This document shows positions 13,344 to 22,864 of a stretch of DNA of 64,000 bases, piece after piece; position 1 is the first letter of the stretch; each line of letters begins with the position of its first letter. Location of the stretch: positions 33 to 64,032 of the forward strand of contig CANQPW010000003.1 in assembly GCA_947625855.1 (NCBI GenBank), written 5' to 3'. The position numbers and the translations under genes were made by a program. This DNA comes from an uncultured Clostridia bacterium (GTDB lineage: Bacteria > Bacillota > Clostridia > TANB77 > CAG-465). Below the pieces are notes generated by a model. The model had not been told where the DNA came from. It ran no database searches and was given only the letters and a program-made list of their open reading frames with translations.

Positions 13344-14241
13344 AGCATTTACCTACCTTGTCTAAGAATATATCATTTAAACTTATATCTATAATAGAGA
13401 CTTTATATATATTACTTGAATTAAGATTTTTCATTACACTATTTATATTACTTTGATTTTCCACATTTATTATATATTTTTCATTATCTTTTACTTCTAT
13501 ATTTTTTACTCCATCTATTTTCTTTATAGCTTCCATATCTTCATCAGATATATTTCCAACTATATCTATTGTTTGAGCTAAATACTCTTTTTTTATCTCA
13601 TTTAAGTTACCATAAAGAAGTATTTTTCCTTTATCTATTATTAAAATATCCTCACATAAACTTTCTACTTGTCCCATTATATGTGATGAAAAAAGTATTA
13701 TTTTTCCTTGTTCTTTTAGTTCACATATTACTTGCTTAAACATTTCAACACTTATCGGATCAAGCCCTGAGAAAGGCTCATCAAGTATTATTAAATCTGG
13801 ATTATGTAATAAAGCTATTATAAACTGAATTTTTTGTCTATTTCCTTTAGATAAATCTTTTATCTTCATATTCATATATTCTGATATTTGAAATCTTTTA
13901 AGCCATTTTTCAAGCTCTGATAAACTTTTTTCTTCACTCATTGATTTTAAAGCACCATAATATATGCATAACTCACTTACAGTATATGTATTAATCAAAC
14001 TTCCTTCTTCTGGTAAATATCCTATTTTATTCATTGCATTTTCATCTATCTTTTTTGAGTTATAAAGTATAGTTCCCTTATCTTGATCTATAATATTTAA
14101 AATACATCTAAATATAGTTGACTTTCCTGCACCATTTCTTCCTAAAACTCCAAGAATTGTTCCTGGTTTTACAGTAAATGATACTTGGTCTACAACAGTT
14201 TTATTACCATATTTTTTAATTAAATTTTTTACTTCTAACAT
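13330..14241 (-). CDS. ABC transporter ATP-binding protein
   Basis: Walker A GRNGAGKST, signature LSKGNRQK, Walker B LIILDEPFSGLD. Confidence 0.9.
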
Positions 14242-14253
14242 ATTTTTTCACCT

Positions 14254-15279
14254 TTATAATATTAACATACAATCACCAAAGCTAAAAAATCTATATTTTT
14301 TAGATACAGCATAATTATAACATTCAAGAATTTTCTCTTTTGAAGCAAATGCTGATACAAGCATAATTAATGTAGATTCTGGTAAATGAAAATTAGTTAA
14401 AAGTGCATCTACCATTTTAAATTTATAACCTGGATAAATAAATATATCTGTTTCTTTTGCCATTTCATGAATTATACCATTTTCATCTGTTGCAGTTTCA
14501 AGAACTCTACATGATGTTGTACCAACACAAAATACTTTGTTTCCTCTTTTTTTAGTTTCGTTTATAACATCACAAGCCTCTTTAGTTATAACAAAATATT
14601 CACTATGCATTTTATGCTCACTAACATCTTCTACTTTTACAGGTCTAAATGTACCAATACCAACATGCAAAGTTACATATACTATATTTACGCCTTTTTC
14701 CTCAAGAGTTTTTAGTATTTCTTTTGTAAAGTGTAAACCAGCAGTTGGAGCAGCAGCAGATCCTAAATGTTTACAATATACAGTTTGATATCTATCTTTA
14801 TCTTCTAATTTTTCAGTAATATATGGTGGTAGTGGCATCATACCAAGTTTATCTAATATTTCATTAAATATACCATCATAATAAAACTCTATTACTCTTT
14901 GACCATCATCTAATATATCAATAACTTTTGCTTTTAGTAATTTATCATCAAATATTATTTCTTCTCCAATTTTTGCTTTTTTTCCCGGCTTTACTAATGT
15001 TTGCCATTTATTTTCTTCAGTTTGTTTTAATAAAAGCACTTCTATCATTTCTTCTTTTCCTTTTCTATGCCCAAAAAGTCTTGCAGGCATTACTTTTGTA
15101 TCATTTAAAACTAAAGTATCACCTACATTTATATAATCTATTATATTTTCAAATATTTTATCCTCATATTTACCTGTTTTTCTATCTAAAACTAACATTT
15201 TTGACTTTTGTCTTTCTTTTAGGGGTGTTTGTGCAATTAATTCATGTGGTAAATTATAATTAAAATCACTTGTCTTCAT
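14254..15279 (-). CDS. queA: S-adenosylmethionine:tRNA ribosyltransferase-isomerase
   Basis: MKTSDFNY.LP..LIAQ.P, MPLPPYI, AAPTAGLHFT, FSFGDCMLI; 341 aa. Confidence 0.92.
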   Translation of the reverse strand: MKTSDFNYNLPHELIAQTPLKERQKSKMLVLDRKTGKYEDKIFENIIDYINVGDTLVLNDTKVMPARLFGHRKGKEEMIEVLLLKQTEENKWQTLVKPGKKAKIGEEIIFDDKLLKAKVIDILDDGQRVIEFYYDGIFNEILDKLGMMPLPPYITEKLEDKDRYQTVYCKHLGSAAAPTAGLHFTKEILKTLEEKGVNIVYVTLHVGIGTFRPVKVEDVSEHKMHSEYFVITKEACDVINETKKRGNKVFCVGTTSCRVLETATDENGIIHEMAKETDIFIYPGYKFKMVDALLTNFHLPESTLIMLVSAFASKEKILECYNYAVSKKYRFFSFGDCMLIL

Positions 15280-15388
15280 TTTATTCTCCTTTTTCTTTTA
15301 CTTTTTTGAAACATTATATCATAAAATGTATAAAAAAGATATAGTATAATATAATTTGTTTAATGAATTAAAAAGCATAATTTTACAT

Positions 15389-15427
15389 AAAAAATACATC
15401 ACAAAATCTAATTTATGATGTATTTTT
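15389..15427 (-). terminator. Rho-independent terminator of the pilin-sortase operon
   Basis: Inverted repeat AAAAATACATCA / TGATGTATTTTT with a 14-nt loop. On the minus strand the stem is followed by a T-run. It lies just after the sortase stop codon (15450). Confidence 0.6.
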
Positions 15428-15449
15428 ATTCTTTTTTATTTCTATTCTA

Positions 15450-16142
15450 TTATACTCTTTCGCAATAAACTACATATCTTTGTGTATTTACCAAATATGG
15501 ATGACAAGTGATTAAAGTAAGCAAATCTTTTCCTTTTTGTATTTTTAACTTTGAAATATCTGTTGGAGATATAATATCTATTTTTATAACTTTATATTTA
15601 AGTTCTTCCATAAAGTTTCGAATATAAACTTCATCTCCTATTTCAAGCATTTCTATATCATCAAACATCTTTGCAAGACTGTATCCTCTATGTGCACCAA
15701 TTACACAATTTGTATTAATTCCACCAACAGGATATGAGGTTTGTGTCAAATGCACAGCACCTTTTTTCATATTTTCTTCTGTTGCGCCAAGAAGTATAGG
15801 TAAATCTACATTCATCTTTGGTATTCTTATATATCCTATTGTATTTTCCTCTATTCCATATTCTGCTAAATCTATATTTACTTCTTCATAGGAAAAAGGA
15901 TCTCTTAAATCTCTTTGATTAGTCTGATATAATTTTTCATTTCTTTTTTTCAACTCTTGATACAATTCTTGATATTTAACTGGTTCATATTCTGCATAAT
16001 TTTCAAATTTTTCTTTTTTTATACTTATACTTTTTGCATAAATAACATTATTTATCTTAGGTGCAAATATTACAGCTATTCCTACTAAAATTAATAATAT
16101 TGAAATTGTAACAAGAATAATAGAAGTTTTTTTATTGTTCAA
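15450..16142 (-). CDS. srtC: Class C (pilus-assembly) sortase
   Basis: N-terminal TM, lid-like DPF (LRDPFSY), GAHRG His, TLITCHPY (TLxTC) and a conserved late Arg (RYVVYCERV). Confidence 0.85.
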   Translation of the reverse strand: MNNKKTSIILVTISILLILVGIAVIFAPKINNVIYAKSISIKKEKFENYAEYEPVKYQELYQELKKRNEKLYQTNQRDLRDPFSYEEVNIDLAEYGIEENTIGYIRIPKMNVDLPILLGATEENMKKGAVHLTQTSYPVGGINTNCVIGAHRGYSLAKMFDDIEMLEIGDEVYIRNFMEELKYKVIKIDIISPTDISKLKIQKGKDLLTLITCHPYLVNTQRYVVYCERV

Positions 16143-16995
16143 TTTTCTTTTCCTTCCTTTTTTTATTTATAAACATATAACTTAAAAATATTAACAATAA
16201 TACTATACCAATTATCAATCCAATTAAATTATAATCTATTCTAATTATATCTTTTACTTGTTCATCTTTCTCTACTACTTCTTCAGGTATATATTCTGTT
16301 CTTTCAGCATGAACTAATAATCTATGAGTGTTAATAGCATATGGTGTGCAAGTTACTAGTGTTACCAAATCTCTTCCTTGTTGCATTCTTATTTTATCAA
16401 TTTGCTCAGGAGTTATAGTTTCTATTTCGTATATTTTATATGTATAAACTTGATTTAATACATAAATATAGAAATGATCACCTACTGATAATTTATCTAA
16501 ATCAGTAAATAATTTTGCACTTGGTAGTCCTCTATGACCTGTTAAAACAGATTGAGATGTATTACCTCCTATTGGAAAAGATGTGGTTTCAACATGTCCT
16601 ACTCCTTTTTCCAATACTTCATTACTTGTTCCATGATAGATTGGTAAATTAACACCTATTTTTGGTATTTTAATGTAACCTATAACACCATTTATATTTA
16701 ATACATCAGTATAATTTTCAGGCAAAGCATATCCACTTCCCTCTATGAAAGGATCGTGAAGTGGATCGCCTGATAAATTATCATTATAAATTTTTGCTTT
16801 ATATAACTCATTGTCTATATCTACATTATCCCCTAGCTGTATTACAGTTTTATCGTATTCATCAATTACTTGTACCTGATCTTTTACAGCTAAAGCATTA
16901 CTTACAGTTGGATAACTAAATATTACAATTCCTGCTAATAAGAAAAGTATAGCTAATAATAATAAAAATTTATTACTCTTATGCTTATTTTTCAT
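16132..16995 (-). CDS. srtC: Class C (pilus-assembly) sortase with C-terminal TM anchor
   Basis: N-terminal TM, lid DPLHDPF, TGHRG, TLVTCTPY, RLLVHAERT, then a C-terminal TM plus basic tail (LIGLIIGIVLLLIF...KKRKEKK). Overlaps the next sortase gene by 11 nt. Confidence 0.85.
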   Translation of the reverse strand: MKNKHKSNKFLLLLAILFLLAGIVIFSYPTVSNALAVKDQVQVIDEYDKTVIQLGDNVDIDNELYKAKIYNDNLSGDPLHDPFIEGSGYALPENYTDVLNINGVIGYIKIPKIGVNLPIYHGTSNEVLEKGVGHVETTSFPIGGNTSQSVLTGHRGLPSAKLFTDLDKLSVGDHFYIYVLNQVYTYKIYEIETITPEQIDKIRMQQGRDLVTLVTCTPYAINTHRLLVHAERTEYIPEEVVEKDEQVKDIIRIDYNLIGLIIGIVLLLIFLSYMFINKKRKEKKIEQ

Positions 16996-17010
16996 TTACA
17001 ATATTTCCCT

Positions 17011-18624
17011 CTATTTTACATCATCAGTTGGATTTGTATTTTGATCATTAGTTACTACTTTTGCTTTTTTCTTCTTTGATAAAGCTACAACAACTAATAT
17101 AATACCTATTCCTATTAATAATGTTCCTACTGCTGTAAATATTATTGTTCCCATACCACCAGTTACTGGTAATTGGAATCCTTTATGGTTTTCTATTTTT
17201 AATTCTACATTTCCATCTTTTCCATCTAATGTATTACCAACAACAACTTCTGTATGGTCTGCTTGCTCATTATATCCTTCTGGTGCTTTCTTTTCTCTTA
17301 AATAATATGTTCCTGCTTTTAAACCTTTTAATGTTAATTTTCCTTTATTTCCACTTGCGGTATCACCAACAACTAATAATTCTGTTGCATCTAAAGCATC
17401 AGATACATAATATACTCCATCAACTAATTTGAATTTTACTGCTGTTTCTTCTGAAACATCTGAATATAATGTAAATTCTGCTCCTTCTAGTAAAACATCA
17501 GCCTCTTCTGGAGTAGATTTTTTTGCAATTTTTGATATTGTAGCTTGATATGTATATACTTGTTCTGAACTTGATTTTACATTAAAGCTTTCTTCTTCAT
17601 ATGGGTTGTTACTGTAATCTAAGTAAGCTACATTTGTATTTCCTGTACTACCAGTTACAACACTTGAAAGAGCACTCTCATCAAATTCTACATTATATGT
17701 AACAACTACTTTAGTATAAGTCTCTAATGCTTTTAAATTATTAAAGTTTACTGAAAATGAAACTGGAGCTTGTGATTTATCTGGTCTTTTAGCACCTGAT
17801 GTTGTTAATTCATAATTGCTTGGTTGAATTAATGTTCTTTCATCTCCTGCTACTATTCCATATACTTGAACTGATCCTGTTACAAGTTTCATTCCAGCTG
17901 GTATATTATCACTTATGTAATAGTTCTTTGATAAACTATTTTCTGGAAATTTTGGTAAATCAGCTGTTATAGTATAAGATAATTTACTAGATGTTGCTAC
18001 ATTATCCTCATCTACTGTTTTTGTAATTGTAGGTTCACTTGATTTAATTTCTACAACTGCTTGGCTTATTTTCCAGCCATGTGGCTCATTTTCAGTATCA
18101 TATTCTGGTGTTAAATTTACAACTGATGCTTGATATACATAATATCCATTTTCTATTAATACTAAATATGTACCCATATCTAAATCTGTAATTTCAACTT
18201 TTTCAGCCTCAGTTGATTCAACTGTTTTTGGTGTTAAAGTTATTTCACCATTTCTTATAGCAGCAGCTATTGTATCGTAAAATTTTCTTGCATCTTCACT
18301 TTTATTTCCTACTTTTTCTGCAAATACTTCTGGATCTACATATGTAGAATAATCTGGGTCTTCACCTTGTGTTCCTTGTAAAAATTGTTTTACACTTTCT
18401 TCCCATTCATATGGTGGTTCAATTGGTTCATCGTTATCAAAATCATAATTTACTTTTGTCAAATTATATGCAGAAACTTTAAGACCTGTTTCTACACCTG
18501 TTATCTCAATTTTACCCTTTTCTTCTAAATCTATTGCATAGCTATTTACATTAATACTCATAGTAAAAGTAACTAAAATCATAAGTATTGCAAAGATTTT
18601 TAAAGTGTAACTTTTTCTTTTCAT
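17011..18624 (-). CDS. LPXTG-anchored isopeptide-type pilin (candidate major/backbone pilin)
   Basis: Signal peptide ending NVNSYA, E-box-like GTYYLREKKAPEGY, sorting signal LPVTGG plus TM (MGTIIFTAVGTLLIGIGIILVVVAL) plus KKKK. Sits directly upstream of two class C sortases. Confidence 0.8.
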   Translation of the reverse strand: MKRKSYTLKIFAILMILVTFTMSINVNSYAIDLEEKGKIEITGVETGLKVSAYNLTKVNYDFDNDEPIEPPYEWEESVKQFLQGTQGEDPDYSTYVDPEVFAEKVGNKSEDARKFYDTIAAAIRNGEITLTPKTVESTEAEKVEITDLDMGTYLVLIENGYYVYQASVVNLTPEYDTENEPHGWKISQAVVEIKSSEPTITKTVDEDNVATSSKLSYTITADLPKFPENSLSKNYYISDNIPAGMKLVTGSVQVYGIVAGDERTLIQPSNYELTTSGAKRPDKSQAPVSFSVNFNNLKALETYTKVVVTYNVEFDESALSSVVTGSTGNTNVAYLDYSNNPYEEESFNVKSSSEQVYTYQATISKIAKKSTPEEADVLLEGAEFTLYSDVSEETAVKFKLVDGVYYVSDALDATELLVVGDTASGNKGKLTLKGLKAGTYYLREKKAPEGYNEQADHTEVVVGNTLDGKDGNVELKIENHKGFQLPVTGGMGTIIFTAVGTLLIGIGIILVVVALSKKKKAKVVTNDQNTNPTDDVK

Positions 18625-18760
18625 AAATTTTTCCTCCTAATCATCTATATTACTATTTATCAATTTTTTACTTAAATATATAAAACAAAAAATATAAAAT
18701 CAATAAATATTAATAACAAATTTTTATATAAATTTATTCATTTAGAATAAACTCAAAAAT

Positions 18761-18789
18761 ATATTATCATATGTAAAAACAATTTGCAA
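18761..18789 (-). promoter_or_regulatory. Sigma-A-type promoter of the pilin-srtC-srtC operon
   Basis: Minus strand reads TTGCAA, 17 nt, TAATAT with an extended -10 (TGaTAATAT). It is ~140 nt upstream of the pilin ATG. Confidence 0.55.
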
Positions 18790-18839
18790 TTAAAACACTA
18801 AAAAATATGTTTTTATTTTTTATGATTTTTTACTTTATA

Positions 18840-19502
18840 CTAAATATCTTCTATTTGCCAATCAATTGGTGCCATATTGTGTTCTATTAAAAACTTATTT
18901 GTTTTTGAAAAATGAGAACAGCCATCAAATCCATATTTTACCGCAAAAGGACTTGGGTGTGAAGATGTAAGTATCAAGTGTTTTGGATTAGTTATAAGAG
19001 TCTGTTTTTGCTTTGCAAAATTTCCCCATAGTAAAAATACAACAGGAGTATCTTTTTTGTTTATTTCCTCTATTATTCTATCTGTAAATATCTCCCAACC
19101 TTTTCCTTGATGTGATGCAGGTTTATCTTTTTCAACAGTTAGAACACTATTTAGCATAAGTACACCTTGTCTTGCCCATTTTAAAAGATAACCGTTATTT
19201 GGAATTTTACATCCTAAATCTCTATTAATTTCCTTATATATATTTTGCAAAGATGGTGGTACTTTAATTCCTGGATTTACAGAAAAAGCCATTCCATGTG
19301 CCTCTCCTTCTCCATGATATGGATCTTGTCCAATGATTACAACTTTCACATATTCATATGGTGTATTTTTAAGAGCAAAAAATATATTTTCTCTTGGTGG
19401 AAATATTGTCTTAGTTTTATATTCATTATCAACAAACTCATGTAGTTTTATATAATATTCTTTTTTACTTTCTTCATTTATTATATCTTTAAAATGATTC
19501 AT
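18840..19502 (-). CDS. ung: Uracil-DNA glycosylase
   Basis: GQDPYHG, LLWG and SSHPSPF motifs; 220 aa. Confidence 0.92.
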   Translation of the reverse strand: MNHFKDIINEESKKEYYIKLHEFVDNEYKTKTIFPPRENIFFALKNTPYEYVKVVIIGQDPYHGEGEAHGMAFSVNPGIKVPPSLQNIYKEINRDLGCKIPNNGYLLKWARQGVLMLNSVLTVEKDKPASHQGKGWEIFTDRIIEEINKKDTPVVFLLWGNFAKQKQTLITNPKHLILTSSHPSPFAVKYGFDGCSHFSKTNKFLIEHNMAPIDWQIEDI

Positions 19503-19505
19503 ATT

Positions 19506-19949
19506 TTAATCTTCTCCAACTTCTATATCATATTTTTCTAATATCTCATATAATTCTTTTTGATAAATAAGTTTTATACTGTCATTTACCTTCATCTCAA
19601 AATACTTTGTATCTTCTGGATTTGATTGTTTCTCATCAGGTGATACAACACTTAAATTATTTATATCAAATTTTATTAATTCATTTTTTTCATCATCAAA
19701 ATAATATTTATTTATTAATTTTTTGCTATTATTTCTTTCTTCATATATATACAAAATTTTATCTTCTGTTATATTTATATGCTTTATATTATCACTAGAA
19801 ATACTTTTTAACTCAAAATAGTTTTCCTTACTAATTAAATTATTTAGCTCTATTTTATCTTTACTTAGTAATAAAATAACTACTATTATACAAATAATAA
19901 TAAGTATTGCTATTAGAATATTTACACTATTCTTTTTTAAAAAATCCAT
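19506..19949 (-). CDS. Hypothetical N-terminally anchored membrane protein
   Basis: 147-aa ORF with one N-terminal TM (NILIAILIIICIIVVILLL). Tightly packed between the MBL hydrolase and ung. No motif recognised. Confidence 0.5.
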   Translation of the reverse strand: MDFLKKNSVNILIAILIIICIIVVILLLSKDKIELNNLISKENYFELKSISSDNIKHINITEDKILYIYEERNNSKKLINKYYFDDEKNELIKFDINNLSVVSPDEKQSNPEDTKYFEMKVNDSIKLIYQKELYEILEKYDIEVGED

Positions 19950-19962
19950 AATTCCTCCAATT

Positions 19963-20625
19963 TTATAATTTTATATTTTTTACTGCCATAAGCATTTTTA
20001 TATATCTTTTTGTTATATCAATATTTTGAGTTTTACCATGACCTGGATATATATCAATATTAGAGAAAGTATTAAATAGCCTTCTAAGTGATTCTACCAT
20101 ATCAGGAAAATCACCTGAATATAAATCACATCTACCATATGTATCCCAAAAAACTGTATCCCCAGTAAAAAGTTTCATATTATTTTTTTCTAATATACAC
20201 ATTGAGCCTGCTGTATGTCCTGGTGTATGTATTATTACGAAGTTTAAATCACCAACATTTATTTCTTCATTATCTTTTACTACTTTTACATCATTTTCAT
20301 TAATATTTTGTTTTTTTACATTTAGTAACTCTTCATAATTTTCTTGTTTTTCAAGTAATGCTTCTAAATCTTTTACATGAACTAATATTTTTGCATTTGT
20401 ATAATTTCTAACATCTGATAATGCACCCATATGGTCTGCATGTGCGTGTGTTATAATTATATATTTTACATTGCATTTTTTAGTGTTAATTTCATTTATT
20501 ATCTTTTCTGGTTCATCACCTGGATCTATTAATACTCCATTAAAAGAATCATCATATACTAAATAACAATTAGTTATATGACCTTTGCCTCCAACATTTA
20601 CCTCTATTTTATCTATATTTATCAT
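19963..20625 (-). CDS. MBL-fold metallo-hydrolase (glyoxalase II-like)
   Basis: THAHADH metal motif, HTPGHT, later GD/GH ligands. Starts 4 nt after the relA stop. Confidence 0.8.
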   Translation of the reverse strand: MINIDKIEVNVGGKGHITNCYLVYDDSFNGVLIDPGDEPEKIINEINTKKCNVKYIIITHAHADHMGALSDVRNYTNAKILVHVKDLEALLEKQENYEELLNVKKQNINENDVKVVKDNEEINVGDLNFVIIHTPGHTAGSMCILEKNNMKLFTGDTVFWDTYGRCDLYSGDFPDMVESLRRLFNTFSNIDIYPGHGKTQNIDITKRYIKMLMAVKNIKL

Positions 20626-20629
20626 TTTC

Positions 20630-22768
20630 TCACCTAACTCTTTTTACATCAAATACACTATCAATTTTTTTAAGATTTTTTATGGTAGTTTGAAGTTTTT
20701 CTATATCTTGTATAGATATATGCACATCTGTTACATTTTCTTTATCTGGCATAACTTTAGTATTAATTTCTGTAATATCTACTTTTAAATCTTTTAATAC
20801 CTTTAATATATCTGATAAAATTCCATCCCTATCATTTGCTTTTATTCTTACATGTGTTATGAAATTTGCTTTAGTTTGTTTTTTCCATTTTACATTTATT
20901 TTTCTTGTATTTATATCTAAGTTTTTCAAATTATTGCAATCTTTTCTGTGTATAGAAACACCATTTGAAAAAGTAATATATCCTACTATTTCATCTCCTG
21001 GTATTGGAGAACAACATTTTGCAAATTTTATTAAACAGTTATTTATATTTTCTACCTCAACTAAATCTTCTGTTTTTACTTTTTTACTTTTTTCTAAGCC
21101 TTTTAATTCCTTTACTTCACCTTTTTCTTTTATGCTTTCATCATATGCCTCTAACAATCTATTTATTACTTTTAAAGGTGATACACTACCAAATCCAATA
21201 TTTTCATAGCAGTCATCAAGTGAATTAAAGTTAGATTTTTTTAACATTATTTTTATATATTCATCTTTAGTTAAAATATCTTTTGAAACTCTTTGTTTTT
21301 TTAGTTGTTTTTCAAATATTTCTTTTCCTTTTAAGATATTTACTTCTCTTCCTTCTTTTTTTAGAAAAGCTGTAATTTTATTTTTTGCACTTGTAGTCTT
21401 TACATATTTTAACCAATCTCTATTTGGACCTTTTGCATTACTACTTGTTACAATTTCAACTACATCCGTATTTTCAAGTTTAGTGTTTAATGGTACCATT
21501 CTAGAGTTAATTTTTGCCCCAATCATTTTTTCTGCAACTTTTTGATGAATTGAATATGCAAAATCAATAGGTGTAGAACCTTTTGGTAATGCTTTTATAT
21601 CACCTTTTGGTGTAAATACAAAAACTTCTTCTCCAAATAATTCTACTTTCATATTCTCCAAATTTTCTGTATTATCTATTAATTCTTGCTGTATTTCTAA
21701 TGCTTTTCTAAGCCAAATTATCTTTTTATCTGCTTCACTTATTTTTTTAGATTTTTCCTTATATGAGAAATGAGCTGCAATACCTCTTTCTGCAACATTA
21801 TGCATATCCCAAGTCCTTATCTGGATTTCAAATGGTCTTCCACCTTCTCCAAATACAGTAGTATGTAAAGATTGATACATATTAGTTTTAGGAACTGCAA
21901 TATAGTCTTTAAATCTTCCAGGCATAGGTTTATACATATCATGAACTATTCCAAGTACACTATAACAATCTTTTATTGAACTTACAATAATTCTTATTGC
22001 TAATAAATCAAACAAATCATCTGCTCTACATTTTTTATCTTTCATTTTTTTGTATATGCTATAAAAATGTTTTGGTCTTCCATAAATTTCTGCTTCTATT
22101 CCTTGCTCTTTTAATACTTTTTGAACCTCATTTATTCTATCTTTTATATATTCTTCACGTTCTTGCTTTTTTTCATCTATTTGTTCTTTTACCATTTCAT
22201 ATTCTGATGGCATAAGTATTCTAAAAGAAATATCTTCAAGCTCAGATTTAACCTTTGACATACCAAGTCTGTGTGCAATTGGAGCATATATTTTTAAACA
22301 GTCTTTTGCGAGTGCAGTTTTTTTACTTTCATCTTTTATTTTTACTATATTTCTCATATTAAATAATACATCTTCAAGTTTAATAATTACTGTCCTAATA
22401 TCTTTTGCAATTGCCATAAACATATTTCTTAGTATTTCATTATCTATTTCATCTTTCTTTTTATAATTTAAATATGATAATTTATCTATTGTTTCAATTA
22501 TTTCTAATATTTCATCTCCAAATTTTTCTTTTATTTCTTCCTTATTATAACTTTTACTTTTTAAAGCTTTATATAACAAAGATGCATAAATTGATGTATC
22601 ATCAATTCTTAATAATGCTACTTCTCTTGTAACTCCTATAACATATTCTAAAGTATCTAAATCATATATATCATTACAATATTTTGCTACCTGCTCTAAT
22701 TTTTCTTTTTCATATTTTATTTTTTCTTGATTTAAAATTTTTGATACTTCATCTAATATTTCATTCAT
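20630..22768 (-). CDS. relA: Long RelA/SpoT-homologue (p)ppGpp synthetase with a degenerate hydrolase domain
   Basis: Start reset to MNEILDE (ATG 22766-22768) behind GGAGGAAG. Synthetase motifs are intact (YGRPKHFYSIYKKM, DLLAIRIIV, FKDYIAVPKTNMYQSLHTTV, EIQIRT). TGS and ACT-like C-terminus present. The N-terminal HD region has no His before residue 166. Confidence 0.85.
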   Translation of the reverse strand: MNEILDEVSKILNQEKIKYEKEKLEQVAKYCNDIYDLDTLEYVIGVTREVALLRIDDTSIYASLLYKALKSKSYNKEEIKEKFGDEILEIIETIDKLSYLNYKKKDEIDNEILRNMFMAIAKDIRTVIIKLEDVLFNMRNIVKIKDESKKTALAKDCLKIYAPIAHRLGMSKVKSELEDISFRILMPSEYEMVKEQIDEKKQEREEYIKDRINEVQKVLKEQGIEAEIYGRPKHFYSIYKKMKDKKCRADDLFDLLAIRIIVSSIKDCYSVLGIVHDMYKPMPGRFKDYIAVPKTNMYQSLHTTVFGEGGRPFEIQIRTWDMHNVAERGIAAHFSYKEKSKKISEADKKIIWLRKALEIQQELIDNTENLENMKVELFGEEVFVFTPKGDIKALPKGSTPIDFAYSIHQKVAEKMIGAKINSRMVPLNTKLENTDVVEIVTSSNAKGPNRDWLKYVKTTSAKNKITAFLKKEGREVNILKGKEIFEKQLKKQRVSKDILTKDEYIKIMLKKSNFNSLDDCYENIGFGSVSPLKVINRLLEAYDESIKEKGEVKELKGLEKSKKVKTEDLVEVENINNCLIKFAKCCSPIPGDEIVGYITFSNGVSIHRKDCNNLKNLDINTRKINVKWKKQTKANFITHVRIKANDRDGILSDILKVLKDLKVDITEINTKVMPDKENVTDVHISIQDIEKLQTTIKNLKKIDSVFDVKRVR

Positions 22769-22864
22769 AAAACTTCCTCCAACATAATGATATTTTACTA
22801 CAAATAATAAAAAAAATAAAGAAAAAAAGGACAAGTATTATAAACTCATCCTTTTTTTATTTAA

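Noticed and set aside
22769-22834. N-terminal extensions offered by the ORF track for relA (MSFFSLFF...), der (50618..50662), the ytaF-like gene (46015..46113), recJ (45467..45478), purB (58716..58745) and the anti-sigma candidate (1780..1794).
   Set aside because: In each case an internal ATG is preceded by a strong GGAGG-type RBS at proper spacing and matches the conserved family N-terminus. The longer start has no RBS or overlaps the RBS itself.
22805-22864. A/T-rich inverted repeat (AAAAAAAGGA...TCCTTTTTTT) after VWA paralog 1, considered as a terminator.
   Set aside because: The stem has only two or three G:C pairs and a 17-nt loop. It is too weak to call confidently, although some termination before relA is expected.
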